A stretch of 64,000 nucleotides of DNA from an uncultured Pseudomonadota bacterium (GTDB lineage: Bacteria > Myxococcota_A > Polyangia > Fen-1088), in NCBI GenBank assembly GCA_963737345.1, contig CAVTSM010000005.1:334064-398063 (forward strand). Direction: 5' to 3'. Position numbers and translations under genes: made by a program. The first letter of the stretch is position 1. Each line of letters begins with the position of its first letter. The notes under the pieces are model-generated. The model was not told where the DNA came from and did not search any database. It saw nothing but the letters and a program-made list of their open reading frames with translations. Below, one piece after another: positions 39,288-49,333 of this stretch.

Positions 39288-39352
39288 CCGTTTCTTGATA
39301 CCACCTGAGCCGCCACGCGACGCGGGCCGCCTCACCATGAAGGCCAACCGCC

Positions 39353-40183
39353 GTGACGCCGCTTGCGATCGTTCTTTGTGCAGCCATCGTTGCCGCCGAG
39401 CCGCCACACCCGGCCCAGGCGCCGCCAGAGGGCGACGAACCAGCCGAGGCGGAGACGGCGGCGGAGCCGGCCAAAGGCACGGGCGTCAGCCCCGTCGAGC
39501 TGATCCCCCGCCTCGAGCTCCGGCAGGCGTTCACGAAGCTGGAAAGCGGCGTGACCGTGCACGACACCGTCCTCGAGCTGGACATTCAGTTCCTGCGCCG
39601 CGTGCTGCTTCGGTACCAAAGTCCAGCGCGCATCGTCGACACGCCGATGGGACAGGTCGCGGGGCTGGGGGACATCCAGTTCGGGCTGGTGGTGATCGTT
39701 GGATCGACGCCCCGCTTCGTCGCGGCGCTGCTGGCCGGCGCCGAGCTGAACAGCGCCACGCAGCCGGCCCTGGGCTCGGGGAAGCTGCAGCCGATCCTGG
39801 GGCTGGGCGTCGCGATCAAACCCTATCGCTGGTGGCTGGCGTACGCGGTCGCGCAGCAGGAGTTTTCGGTGTCGGGGGCCAGCGACCGGCCAAACACGAA
39901 CCAGCTGGCGACCGACGCCGGCAGCATCCTGTTTGGCAAGGACTTCAACTGGCTCAAACTGGACGTGCAGACCACCGTCGATTTTCCGGGCGGCGCCGTC
40001 GGCCGCCTTTACGGCCTGGCGGAAGTCGGCAGCCTGGTCATCGGGCGGGTGGGGCTGTTTGCGCGCGTGGGAACGCAGTTGGCCGGACCTGCGTACGTGG
40101 ACTACACGGTGGCCGCCGGATTTCGATACCTGTTCCGGCTGGAGGTCGCCCGCCCGCGGCCGGCCGCCCCGGGTCGCATCTGA
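39353..40183 (+). CDS. putative outer-membrane beta-barrel protein
   Basis: 276 aa with a signal peptide and alternating beta-strand-like segments. The motif ...GFRYLF lies near the C-terminus. Confidence 0.5.
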   Translation: MTPLAIVLCAAIVAAEPPHPAQAPPEGDEPAEAETAAEPAKGTGVSPVELIPRLELRQAFTKLESGVTVHDTVLELDIQFLRRVLLRYQSPARIVDTPMGQVAGLGDIQFGLVVIVGSTPRFVAALLAGAELNSATQPALGSGKLQPILGLGVAIKPYRWWLAYAVAQQEFSVSGASDRPNTNQLATDAGSILFGKDFNWLKLDVQTTVDFPGGAVGRLYGLAEVGSLVIGRVGLFARVGTQLAGPAYVDYTVAAGFRYLFRLEVARPRPAAPGRI

Positions 40184-40293
40184 TGCGGCCGGATAGATTC
40201 GCGCCCACCCCGACCATCATCCGTTGCTGCATTGGCCCAAGCTGGTCCATTGCCCCAGGCGTCGCGGTCCCCAACTTCGGGCTAGGGGTCACC

Positions 40294-40740
40294 ATGAACA
40301 CAATCAAGCGAGTCGGATTGGCAGGGGCCGTGGCGGGGACGTTGGTGTTCGGCGCTTGTTCGACCACCAACGATATGCTGGGCCGCAATCAGCAAACGTG
40401 GACCATGAAGTCCGAGGAGGCGACGCCGGCGGTCCAGGCGAAGGTCCAGATCGCGACGGGCGGAAAAGGGAATCGCGATCTCAAGCTGGAGGCCAAGCAC
40501 CTGGCGCCAGCCGAAGCGGTGTTCTCCGGCACCAGCACGTACGTCGTCTGGCTGAAGCCGGATGACGGGCGTCCCGTGAACATCGGCGTGCTGTCGCCCG
40601 ACAAGAACGACAACGCGAAGCTGGAGACGATGACGCCGTACACGTCGTTCGAGATCATGGTCACGGCCGAGAACACCGCACAGCCGACCGTCCCGAGCAG
40701 CCGCGAGGTCGCGTCCGCCAGAATTCACGTCGCGACGTGA
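40294..40740 (+). CDS. hypothetical lipoprotein
   Basis: 148 aa with the lipobox LVFGAC. It is the C-terminal part of track ORF 39295..40740. Confidence 0.6.
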   Translation: MNTIKRVGLAGAVAGTLVFGACSTTNDMLGRNQQTWTMKSEEATPAVQAKVQIATGGKGNRDLKLEAKHLAPAEAVFSGTSTYVVWLKPDDGRPVNIGVLSPDKNDNAKLETMTPYTSFEIMVTAENTAQPTVPSSREVASARIHVAT

Positions 40741-40781
40741 CTCGACCAACCTCGACGGGGGGTCAGGCGCCGGGGAACCGC

Positions 40782-41504
40782 TCAGGGTTCCCCGGCGATG
40801 AACCGGTATGCGCCCGGCGCCAGATCGACGGGCAGCGCCAGTCTGCCGAACTGCACGCGGCACAACCCGACGACGTGGCTTCCCAGCGCAGCGAAGATGC
40901 GACGGACCTCGTGGTACGCGCCGCCGCCGATGGTAATCGCGGCCAGGACGGCCGTATCCGGTGGGCGGGGCAAGCTGGGGTGGACTTCCGCGGGTGAAAG
41001 CTCGCGCAGCTCGAGGACGTTCGGTTCGTACCCGTCGTCCAGCCGCAGCGCCGGCGGTAACGGCGCGAACGGACCCGCCAGCGCCGCCTGGTAGACCCGC
41101 GGGACGGCGCGCTTCGGGTGCGTCAGGCGCTGGATCTCCGCGCCGTCGTTGGTCCAGAGCAGCAGGCCGGTCGTGTCCAGGTCCAACCGCCCGACGGCCC
41201 GCAGCTCCGCATGCAGCGGGGCGTCGCGCAGCAGTGCGTACGCCGTCGGGTGACGCGCGTCGCGCAGAGCCGTCACGCAGCCGAGGGGCTTGTTCATCAC
41301 GATGCGCACCTGATCGAACAGGCGCTGCCCGGCCCCGTCGACGGTCACGGCCAGCGGCAGTCGAGCGGCGGCGATTGGATGACGCGGGTTGGTCACCGGG
41401 AGGCCATCGACCAACACGCCACCGTCAGCGATGACCGCGCGAACGGCCGTGCGCGAGCAGCCGAGATTGCGGGCCAGCAAGACGTCCAGGCGCAGCTCAC
41501 TCAT
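40782..41504 (-). CDS. RsuA/RluB-family pseudouridine synthase
   Basis: 240 aa with an N-terminal S4 domain and the catalytic motif GRLDLDTTGLLL. Confidence 0.85.
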   Translation of the reverse strand: MSELRLDVLLARNLGCSRTAVRAVIADGGVLVDGLPVTNPRHPIAAARLPLAVTVDGAGQRLFDQVRIVMNKPLGCVTALRDARHPTAYALLRDAPLHAELRAVGRLDLDTTGLLLWTNDGAEIQRLTHPKRAVPRVYQAALAGPFAPLPPALRLDDGYEPNVLELRELSPAEVHPSLPRPPDTAVLAAITIGGGAYHEVRRIFAALGSHVVGLCRVQFGRLALPVDLAPGAYRFIAGEP

Positions 41505-41523
41505 GGCGCGCTGGACGACGCGA

Positions 41524-42081
41524 TCACGGCGCGCCGCCGTCGGGGACCGAACAATCGACGGTGCCGTCCAGGTTGCAAACGCAGGGCAGCGAGGCGCACG
41601 AGACCGCCGGAAGCTCGCCGGCCTCGATGATGCTCGCCGTCCCCGTATGGTCGCCGCCGCAGCCGTAATCGCCGGTGCCGCTCGACAGGCGCACGGCCAC
41701 CACCGCGCCCTGGTTGTCGAACACCCGCTTGTTCGCGACGCCGCCGTTGTTCCAGGTGCCGACCAACCGCCCGCACTCGGAGGTCCAGGTGAAGAGGGGT
41801 CCGCAGTTGGGTTTGAGGGCCGGGCACCCGTAGACCGCGCAGTAGCAGGCCCAGCTCATGTGCAGAACCTGTCCGTCGGTGGTGCAGCGGCAGGCGCCCC
41901 CGTCGCTCTCGGGGCCGTCTCCTGCGCCGTCCGCGGCCGTATGGATCGGGGTGGTCGAGTGATCGCGGGACCCGTCGCCGTTGTGCAAACCACCGTCGGA
42001 TCCACTCGAGCTCGACCCGCACCCGGTGATGGCGGCGAACAAGATCAGCCCGCCTGAAGCCCAGATGCCCTGACTGCGCAT
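41524..42081 (-). CDS. Cys-rich secreted lipoprotein, function unknown
   Basis: 185 aa with the lipobox AAITGC and about 18 further cysteines. Confidence 0.55.
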   Translation of the reverse strand: MRSQGIWASGGLILFAAITGCGSSSSGSDGGLHNGDGSRDHSTTPIHTAADGAGDGPESDGGACRCTTDGQVLHMSWACYCAVYGCPALKPNCGPLFTWTSECGRLVGTWNNGGVANKRVFDNQGAVVAVRLSSGTGDYGCGGDHTGTASIIEAGELPAVSCASLPCVCNLDGTVDCSVPDGGAP

Positions 42082-42111
42082 GCGGGCAGCTTACCCCGAT
42101 TACAAACGGCT

Positions 42112-42483
42112 TCAGCGCGTGCCGCTGGCGGCGGTCTGCTTTAACGCGGCGCGAATCTCCGGGTGCTCGTCCAAGAAGGCCTGCCGGCTCTCGCGGCTGA
42201 TCTCGACGACCACCGTGACGTCCTTCAGGATCTTGGACTGGCAGCCCAGGCGTGAATTGGCTTTCACGTCGAACGCCTTGTCCATGATGTCTTCTTCGCG
42301 GTCGGAGGGCGGCGGCAAGGCGTCCAGCCCCTGCTTGACGTAAACGTGACAGGTCGAACAGGCGCAAACGCCGCCGCACGCCGAGCCGACCTGCGCGTGC
42401 GCCTTGTTGGACGCGGCAAGGATGCTGGTCCCGATCGGCACCTCGATCTCGATCCCGTCCGGTTCGAACCGCACCTTCGGCAT
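42112..42483 (-). CDS. fdx: ISC-type [2Fe-2S] ferredoxin
   Basis: 123 aa with the cluster ligand pattern CGGVCACSTCH ... C. It is the last gene of the isc operon. Confidence 0.88.
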   Translation of the reverse strand: MPKVRFEPDGIEIEVPIGTSILAASNKAHAQVGSACGGVCACSTCHVYVKQGLDALPPPSDREEDIMDKAFDVKANSRLGCQSKILKDVTVVVEISRESRQAFLDEHPEIRAALKQTAASGTR

Positions 42484-44510
42484 CAGTGCCCTCTTTCGTG
42501 GGAGTGGCCGGCGTGGCTGGCCACCCGCGCCGCCAGGTCGCGCTTGGCGGCGGTTTCGTCCGCCTTGGCCTCGACCGCGCCGACATCCTTGCCGCGCAGG
42601 CCGCGATCGAACGCGACGTTCATGCGGCGCCCGGCGAAAGTCTTCGACGCTTCGTCCAGCGCCTCGACAGCACGCCGGATGACGTGGTGGTCATCCCCGG
42701 CCCGCGCGGTCGCCAAGCTGGCCAGGGCCGCGTCGATCGCCCGCCGATCCTCGTCGGTCAACAGATCGGGCGAATCGGCCATCGCCGCGCGCGCGGCGGC
42801 GGCAATTCGGTCGGCCTCCACGCGCTGTTCGGTGAGCTGCCGCGTTTGCACGTCCTCTTCGGCGTGGGCGAACGAGTCGAGCAGCATGCGCTCGACCTCC
42901 TCGTCGGTGAGCCCGTAGCTGGGCTTCACCTGGACGGACGCCTCTTGTCCGGTGGTCTCTTCGCGCGCGGCGACACGCAGGATGCCGTCAGCGTCGACGG
43001 TGAACGTCACCTCCAGACGGGCCATCCCGGCCGCCATGGGGGGAATTCCCTTCAACGTGAACCGCGCCAGCGAGCGGCACTGGTCAGCCAGCTCGCGCTC
43101 GCCCTGGACGACGTGCAGGTCGAAGCCGGTCTGCTTGTCGGCGAACGTCGTGAAGGTCTGGGTCGCGCCGCACGGAACGGTCGTGTTCCGGTGAATCAGC
43201 TTCTCGACGACGCCGCCCATCGTTTCGAGCCCCAACGACAGCGGCACCACGTCCAGCAGCAACATGTCGCCCTCTGTCGAGCCGCCCGCCAGCGCGTCGG
43301 CCTGAAGGGCTGCGCCCAGCGCGACGACCTGATCCGGATCGATGTCGCCCAGCGGCGCCCGCCCGAACAGCTTCTCGACGAATTGCTGCACCAGCGGCAT
43401 GCGCGTGGCGCCGCCCACCAGGATGACACCCGAAAGCGCCGCCGGCCCGACGGCCGCGTCGGCCAGCGCCCGCCGCACGGGCGCCGTACAGCGCGCCAGC
43501 ACCGGCTCGACCACCAGCTCCATCTCGGTCCGCGTGAGACCGACCGTGACGGTGCCGTCGTCCGTCGCCAGGTCGAACGACACGTCCGGCCGGAACGTCA
43601 GCGCCTCTTTCATCGCGCGCGCCGCGTCCAGCACCTGGCGCCAGCGTTGCGCCGTCGCGAGATCCGCCACCGCGCCCGACGCGCCGCCAAGCGCGGCGAT
43701 CGCGCGGTCGTGCGGCGCCGCTTCGCGCAGCTTTCGCAGCAGCAGGTCGGCGATCGCGCCGTCGAAGTCGTCGCCGCCCAGCGCCGAATCACCGCCGGTC
43801 GACTTCACCTCGAACACGCCGTCCTCCAGCTTCAGGATCGAGATGTCGAACGTGCCGCCGCCCAGGTCGAAGACGGCGAACGTCCCCTCGGCCTGCTTGT
43901 CCAGGCCGTAGGCCACCGCCGCCGCTGTCGGCTCGTTCAGCAGGCGCAGCACCTCGAGCCCGGCCAGCCGGCCTGCGTCGCGCGTCGCCTGCCGCTGCCC
44001 GTCGTCGAAGTAGGCCGGCACGGTGATGACGGCGCCCGCCAGCGCGCCCCCCAGCTCGCTCTCGGCCCGCGCCTTCAAGGCTTTCAAGATCTCCGCAGAG
44101 ACCTCCATCGGCGTCACGGTCCGTCCGCCCGCCACCGCGAAACGCACGACCTGTCCGTCACCCGCCGCGGGCGCGAATTCGTAGGGCGTGAGCCGCCGCG
44201 TCGCCTCGGCGTCCTGCGGGCCACGCCCCATGAACCGCTTCACGGAGGCGATGGTGTCGCGTGGGAACTGCGCCGCCAGCCGGTCGCGCGCCTCGGCGCC
44301 CACGGCGATGGAACCGTCGGCCGCGTAGTGGACCACCGACGGCACGATCGTGTCACCCTGGGCGTCGGGAAGGCAGACCGGCTTGCCACCGTCGACGACG
44401 GCAATCAGCGAGTTGGTGGTTCCAAGGTCGATTCCCACGGCGCGCGTGCGGCAAGCGCGCTTGGGCCGCGTCTGACCGGGCTCGCCGATCTGCAGCAGCG
44501 CTTCAGCCAT
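42483..44510 (-). CDS. hscA: Fe-S cluster assembly chaperone HscA (Hsp70)
   Basis: 675 aa with Hsp70 motifs [10 protein letters not shown] and DLGGGTFD. It lies between hscB and fdx. Confidence 0.92.
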   Translation of the reverse strand: MAEALLQIGEPGQTRPKRACRTRAVGIDLGTTNSLIAVVDGGKPVCLPDAQGDTIVPSVVHYAADGSIAVGAEARDRLAAQFPRDTIASVKRFMGRGPQDAEATRRLTPYEFAPAAGDGQVVRFAVAGGRTVTPMEVSAEILKALKARAESELGGALAGAVITVPAYFDDGQRQATRDAGRLAGLEVLRLLNEPTAAAVAYGLDKQAEGTFAVFDLGGGTFDISILKLEDGVFEVKSTGGDSALGGDDFDGAIADLLLRKLREAAPHDRAIAALGGASGAVADLATAQRWRQVLDAARAMKEALTFRPDVSFDLATDDGTVTVGLTRTEMELVVEPVLARCTAPVRRALADAAVGPAALSGVILVGGATRMPLVQQFVEKLFGRAPLGDIDPDQVVALGAALQADALAGGSTEGDMLLLDVVPLSLGLETMGGVVEKLIHRNTTVPCGATQTFTTFADKQTGFDLHVVQGERELADQCRSLARFTLKGIPPMAAGMARLEVTFTVDADGILRVAAREETTGQEASVQVKPSYGLTDEEVERMLLDSFAHAEEDVQTRQLTEQRVEADRIAAAARAAMADSPDLLTDEDRRAIDAALASLATARAGDDHHVIRRAVEALDEASKTFAGRRMNVAFDRGLRGKDVGAVEAKADETAAKRDLAARVASHAGHSHERGH

Positions 44511-45159
44511 GGGCGCCCTCGCTCGCCGTTCCGTGCGCAGCCTCGTCCTGCGGCACTTCGTCCAAAAAGCGCTGGTAGTAGCGCAGCGCGACCATCAGCC
44601 GCGCCGCCTCTTCCAGCTTGGCGGGATCCGGGTCGTCGAGGACGGTCGCCAGCGCGGCCAGCGTGTCGGCATGGCGGGCACGCATCGCCTGGGCCATCGC
44701 GTGAACCTTCGGGGTGTTGCCGGCCCGCTGCGCGTCGGCCAGCTCTTCCCGCAGCTCGAGAATCTCCATCAACAACACGGGGGGCGCGGCGACCTCACGC
44801 GTGCTCCCTTCCGTTGGCCGCTTGCGATCCTCGCCTTTGAGGCCGAAGCCGGCCAGCGCCAGCAGATACTCCGCGCGGCGTATCGGATCTTTCAGCGTGC
44901 GCCAGGCTTCGTTCAGTTGAACGGTCCGCGACAGCGCGGCCTTGCGGGCGCGCGGGTCGGCGGTCGCGAAGCGGTCCGGATGCACTTGCCGCGACAGCTT
45001 TTTGAAGTTGTTTTCCGCGGCGTTCAGGTCGACCGAGAACTGACGCGGCACCCCCAGAACGGCGAATCGATCCTGCTTGTCGTCGGCGGGCAGAACGGCG
45101 GCGCAGGCGGCGCACATTGGGCCGCCGCCCCCTTCGCGCTCACACGACCAACAGATCAC
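44503..45159 (-). CDS. hscB: co-chaperone HscB with N-terminal tetracysteine motif
   Basis: 218 aa with a J-domain (HPD in QVHPDRF) and a C-terminal helical bundle. The N-terminus is MICWSC-x9-CAAC. Confidence 0.85.
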   Translation of the reverse strand: MICWSCEREGGGGPMCAACAAVLPADDKQDRFAVLGVPRQFSVDLNAAENNFKKLSRQVHPDRFATADPRARKAALSRTVQLNEAWRTLKDPIRRAEYLLALAGFGLKGEDRKRPTEGSTREVAAPPVLLMEILELREELADAQRAGNTPKVHAMAQAMRARHADTLAALATVLDDPDPAKLEEAARLMVALRYYQRFLDEVPQDEAAHGTASEGAHG

Positions 45160-45169
45160 GTCAGCCCTC

Positions 45170-45505
45170 TTAGAACTGGATCGACTCGCCGCAGCCGCAG
45201 GACCCCTTCACGTTGGGGTTCTCGAACTTGAAGCCGCGCGCGACCATGGTGGTCTGGTATCCGAGCGTAGACCCGTCGAGGTAGAGGTAGCTCTTCGGAT
45301 CGACAAAGACCCGCACCGTGCCGTCCTCGAACGAGAGCACCTTGTCCTCGGGACGCGGGTCGGCGTCCGACCACTCGAAGAGATACGAAAATCCCGTGCA
45401 GCCGCCGCCGCGGATCCCGACGCGCAGCCCCTTCGGGGGCGTCGGCCGCTGAGCGGCCGCCTTCTTGATCTCGGCGACGGCCCGATCGGTGACGGCGATG
45501 GCCAC
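45170..45505 (-). CDS. iscA: A-type Fe-S carrier IscA/ErpA
   Basis: 111 aa from GTG 45505. It has GGGCTGF and the C-terminal GSCGCGESIQF. Confidence 0.85.
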   Translation of the reverse strand: MAIAVTDRAVAEIKKAAAQRPTPPKGLRVGIRGGGCTGFSYLFEWSDADPRPEDKVLSFEDGTVRVFVDPKSYLYLDGSTLGYQTTMVARGFKFENPNVKGSCGCGESIQF

Positions 45506-45519
45506 GGACGGCGGCTCCC

Positions 45520-45975
45520 TCAGCCCGCGACCGTGCCCGCCGCCGTTGCGGTCGCCGTCGCCGCCAGGGCCGGTGACACGACGGCGCCCTGCTTGGCGGC
45601 GCGCTTGGCCTTGTAGTCGGCGATGGCGCCCTTGATGGCGTCCTCGGCCAACACCGAGCAGTGAATCTTCACCGGCGGCAGGTTCAGCTCTTCGACGATC
45701 TGGGTGTTCTTGATCTCCATCGCCTGGTCGATCGTCATGCCCTTCACCCACTCCGTCGCCAGGGACGACGACGCGATCGCCGAGCCGCAACCGAAGGTCT
45801 TGAACTTGGCGTCTTCGATGACGCCCTCGTCGTTGATCTTGAGCTGCAGCTTCATCACGTCGCCGCACGCCGGCGCGCCGACCAGGCCGGTACCCACGCT
45901 GGGATCGTCCTTGTCGAAGCTCCCCACGTTGCGCGGGTTCTCGTAGTGCTCGATGACTTTTTCGCTGTACGCCAT
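45520..45975 (-). CDS. iscU: Fe-S scaffold IscU
   Basis: It starts MAYSEKVIEHYENPRNVGS and has the cysteine motifs GAPACGD, FGCGSAIA and KIHCS. The C-terminal extension is Ala/Thr-rich. Confidence 0.92.
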   Translation of the reverse strand: MAYSEKVIEHYENPRNVGSFDKDDPSVGTGLVGAPACGDVMKLQLKINDEGVIEDAKFKTFGCGSAIASSSLATEWVKGMTIDQAMEIKNTQIVEELNLPPVKIHCSVLAEDAIKGAIADYKAKRAAKQGAVVSPALAATATATAAGTVAG

Positions 45976-46003
45976 GACCTTTTGTCCTTTGATGCCAGGG
46001 CGC

Positions 46004-47215
46004 CTAGTGCGCCGCCCACTGAATGCTTTTGATGTCGATTCCCTGCTGCGCCATCTCGTAAAGCGGCGAGAGCTCACGCAGCTTGTTGACCTTGCCGACC
46101 ACCAACTTCACGACGTAGTCGACCTCTTCCTCGGTGTTGAAGCGGCCGAGACCGAAGCGGATCGAGGTGTGCGCCATCTCTTCTTCGACGCCCACGGCGC
46201 GCAGCACATAGGACGGCTCGAGCGAGGCCGACGTGCAGGCCGATCCCGACGAGACCGCCACGTCCTTGAGCCCCATCAGCATCGCCTCGCCCTCGACGTA
46301 GGCGAAGCTGATGTTCAGGCTGCCGGGCAGCCGGTGCTCCATCGAGCCGTTGACGTAGGTGTCGGTCACCTGGGACTGGATGCCGTTGCGCAGCCGCTCG
46401 CGCAGCGCGAACAGGCGCTTGGCCTCGCTCTCCATCTCGGCGGCGCACAGCTCGGCCGCCTTGCCGAAACCGACGATGCCCGGCACGTTCAGCGTGCCCG
46501 ACCGCATGCCGCGCTCGTGACCGCCGCCGTCGATCTGGGCCGTGATGCGCACGCGCGGCTTGCGGCGCACGTAAAGCGCGCCCACGCCCTTCGGACCGTA
46601 CATCTTGTGCGCCGACACCGAGACCAGGTCCGCCTTGGCGGCGTTGACGTCGAACGGGATCTTCCCGACGCTCTGGACCGCGTCGACGTGAAAGGTCGCG
46701 CCGCGCGCCTTGACGGCCGCGCCAATCTCTTCGATCGGGTTGACGACGCCGATCTCGTTGTTGGCGTGCATGATCGACACGACCGTCGTCTTGTCGGTCA
46801 TGGCGGCGCGCACCGTCTCGGGGTCCACGCGTCCGTCCTTGCCGACCGGCAGGTAAGTGACCTCGAAGCCGTCCTTCTCGAGCCGCTTGCAGGTGTCCAG
46901 CACCGCCTTGTGCTCGGTCTGCGCCGTGATGATGTGGTTGCCGCGGTCTCGGTTGAACTCGGCCGCGCCCTTGATCGCCAGGTTGTCGGACTCGGTCGCG
47001 CCCGAGGTCCACACGATCTCTTTGCCGCTGGCGCCGATCAGCGCGGCGACCTGCTCGCGCGCGAGCTCGACGGCCTTTTCGGCGCTCCAGCCGAAGCTGT
47101 GCGAGCGGCTGGCCGCGTTGCCAAAGAGCTCGGTGAAGTACGGCAACATTGCCTCCACGACGCGCGGATCGGTCGGCGTGGTCGCGTGGTTGTCCATGTA
47201 GATCGGAAGCTTCAT
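46004..47215 (-). CDS. iscS: cysteine desulfurase IscS
   Basis: 403 aa from [14 protein letters not shown]. The PLP lysine is in [10 protein letters not shown] and the active-site Cys is in SSGSACTS. Confidence 0.93.
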   Translation of the reverse strand: MKLPIYMDNHATTPTDPRVVEAMLPYFTELFGNAASRSHSFGWSAEKAVELAREQVAALIGASGKEIVWTSGATESDNLAIKGAAEFNRDRGNHIITAQTEHKAVLDTCKRLEKDGFEVTYLPVGKDGRVDPETVRAAMTDKTTVVSIMHANNEIGVVNPIEEIGAAVKARGATFHVDAVQSVGKIPFDVNAAKADLVSVSAHKMYGPKGVGALYVRRKPRVRITAQIDGGGHERGMRSGTLNVPGIVGFGKAAELCAAEMESEAKRLFALRERLRNGIQSQVTDTYVNGSMEHRLPGSLNISFAYVEGEAMLMGLKDVAVSSGSACTSASLEPSYVLRAVGVEEEMAHTSIRFGLGRFNTEEEVDYVVKLVVGKVNKLRELSPLYEMAQQGIDIKSIQWAAH

Positions 47216-47712
47216 CGTGAAATCCCTTCGACCAGAAGCGGCGCGCGGCCGTCGTGGCCGTGGATGCCGCAGGTTCCGCACTCGGTCTGGGTGTGCGTCG
47301 GCTCGCACGACCGGCAGCTGTCCATGTAGTCCAGCGTCTCGGTCAGGTCCCCGACCAGCCGCTGCAGGCGCGAAATGGTCTCTTTCGTCTCGCGCAGCTT
47401 GTCCGAGAAAATCTCCCGCACCCGGGCGATCGCCTTGGGCGCGGCGTCCGACTCTTCCCAGTCGCGCAAAAAGGCCTTGATCTCGGTCAGAGAGAAGCCG
47501 AGGTCCTGCAGCTTCTGGATCCAGTCGATCCGCTTGACCGCCTTGCCCGAGTACAGCCGAAAGCCGCCCTTCGACCGCACGGCCGGGCTCAGCAGACCCA
47601 GCTCTTCGTAGAGGTGCACCGCCCGGACGGTCTTTCCGGTCCGCTTGGCCAGCTCCCCGACCTTCAGAAGCGCCAGGCTGGCGGCTGAGACGTGGTTTGA
47701 ATCCTCACCCAT
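47212..47712 (-). CDS. MerR-family transcriptional regulator with C-terminal CxxC-x8-CxxC
   Basis: 166 aa with the MerR HTH ([25 protein letters not shown]), a coiled coil, then [16 protein letters not shown]. Its stop overlaps the iscS start (ATGA). Confidence 0.8.
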   Translation of the reverse strand: MGEDSNHVSAASLALLKVGELAKRTGKTVRAVHLYEELGLLSPAVRSKGGFRLYSGKAVKRIDWIQKLQDLGFSLTEIKAFLRDWEESDAAPKAIARVREIFSDKLRETKETISRLQRLVGDLTETLDYMDSCRSCEPTHTQTECGTCGIHGHDGRAPLLVEGISR

Positions 47713-47732
47713 ACGTATGGGTTATGTATATC

Positions 47733-48791
47733 TCACCCCCGCCCCGTGACAAGGACCAATTTTCCAAAGGTTGCGCGGGACTCCAGCAATCGGTGCGCCG
47801 CGGCAATCTGTTCCAGCGGCAGCACCCGGTCGACCACCGGCCTCAGCCGGCCAGCCGCGAACAGCTCTACCAACCCGAAAAGACGGGACTTACTGGCCAT
47901 GGTCGAGCCGAGGATGCTGAGCTGGCGCCAAAACACGTGGCGCAGGTTGAGCACGGGCTCGAACCCAGCCGTGGCGCCGCAGGTCACGATGCGGCCGCCC
48001 TTGGCGCAGGCGACAACGGATTGCGGGAAGGTGGCAGCGCCCACGTGCTCGACGACGATGTCGGCCCCACGCCGGCCGGTCAGGCGCTTGACCTCGGCCA
48101 CCAGGTCGGCCGTCGACGAGTCGATCGTCTCGTCGGCACCCAGCGCCCGCGCCGCAGCCAACTTGGCGGCCGTCGACGCCGTCGCGATGACCCGCGCCCC
48201 GTACAGCTTGGCGATCTGAATGGCGGCCGAGCCGACCCCCGACCCGGCCGCGAGCACCAGCACCGTCTCCCCCTGTCGAATGGCGGCTCGGTCGACCAGC
48301 ATCTGCCAGGCCGTCATGAACACCGTCGGGATCGAGGCCAGCTCCGCGTCGTCCAGAGGGACCTGACCACGCGGCGCGGGAACCAGATTCTGCACCGGCA
48401 CGACCACCTCTTCGGCTTGAGCGCCCCAGGCTTGCTCGCCCAGCATCCGGTAGGCGGGGCAGAAATTGTCGCGCCCGTCCAGGCACGCGACGCAGCGGCC
48501 ACAGGAGAGGCCCGGGTTCACCAACACGCGGTCGCCGACCGCGGCGCCTTCTTGCGGCACCACGCCCGGCCCCAGCGCCGCCACGACCCCACAGGCGTCG
48601 CCGCCCAGCACGTGCGGCAGGGTGACCGGCAAGGCCGGCAGGCCCCGGCGCACCCACAGGTCGACGTGGTTCAGCGCCGCCGCGCTCACCCGGACAGCGA
48701 CCTCGCCGGGGCCGGGCGCCGGCGCGGGAACATCCGCCACCTCCATCACCTCGGGCCCGCCATGGCGGCGAAACAGGGCCGCCCGCATCAC
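47733..48791 (-). CDS. zinc-type alcohol dehydrogenase / quinone oxidoreductase (MDR family)
   Basis: 352 aa with a GroES-like N-domain and the Rossmann loop LAAGSGVGSAAIQIA. Confidence 0.8.
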   Translation of the reverse strand: MMRAALFRRHGGPEVMEVADVPAPAPGPGEVAVRVSAAALNHVDLWVRRGLPALPVTLPHVLGGDACGVVAALGPGVVPQEGAAVGDRVLVNPGLSCGRCVACLDGRDNFCPAYRMLGEQAWGAQAEEVVVPVQNLVPAPRGQVPLDDAELASIPTVFMTAWQMLVDRAAIRQGETVLVLAAGSGVGSAAIQIAKLYGARVIATASTAAKLAAARALGADETIDSSTADLVAEVKRLTGRRGADIVVEHVGAATFPQSVVACAKGGRIVTCGATAGFEPVLNLRHVFWRQLSILGSTMASKSRLFGLVELFAAGRLRPVVDRVLPLEQIAAAHRLLESRATFGKLVLVTGRG

Positions 48792-49333
48792 GCCTCCGGC
48801 AGGACCGGCGCGTCACGCAGGCGCGGTGCGGCCAGGTCTTTGGGCGACAGGATCGGATCGCGGACGGGCCAGGCGATGCCAATGTCGGGATCGTTCCAGA
48901 GGATCGCCTGGTTCGCCGCGGCGACGTAGGCCGTCGTGCATTTGTACGCCACGTCGGCCAGGTCGGACAGGGCGCAAAAGCCGTGCGCATACCCGGGCGG
49001 AATCCAGAGCTGGCGCCGGTTTTCTTCGGACAGCTCCACGCCGAACCACTGTCGGAAGGTTGGCGAACGGCGGCGCACGTCCACGACCACGTCGAACACC
49101 GTCCCGCGCACCGTCTGCACCAGCTTTCCCTGGGGATGAGGCTGCTGAAAATGCAGCCCCCGGACGGTCCCGCGTAGCGAACGAGAGAGGTTGTCCTGTG
49201 CGAACGTCGTGGCGATCCCCAGGGCCTCGTAGCGGGCCGCCTGAAAGGTTTCCATGAAGAACCCGCGGACGTCCTCGAACACGAGGGGCTGCAACACCAG
49301 CACGCCAGCCAGCGGCGCAGCGACGACGTTCAT
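48788..49333 (-). CDS. rfbC: dTDP-4-dehydrorhamnose 3,5-epimerase
   Basis: 181 aa with the RmlC cupin motifs RGLHFQ, PPGYAHGF and the WNDP region. Confidence 0.88.
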   Translation of the reverse strand: MNVVAAPLAGVLVLQPLVFEDVRGFFMETFQAARYEALGIATTFAQDNLSRSLRGTVRGLHFQQPHPQGKLVQTVRGTVFDVVVDVRRRSPTFRQWFGVELSEENRRQLWIPPGYAHGFCALSDLADVAYKCTTAYVAAANQAILWNDPDIGIAWPVRDPILSPKDLAAPRLRDAPVLPEA

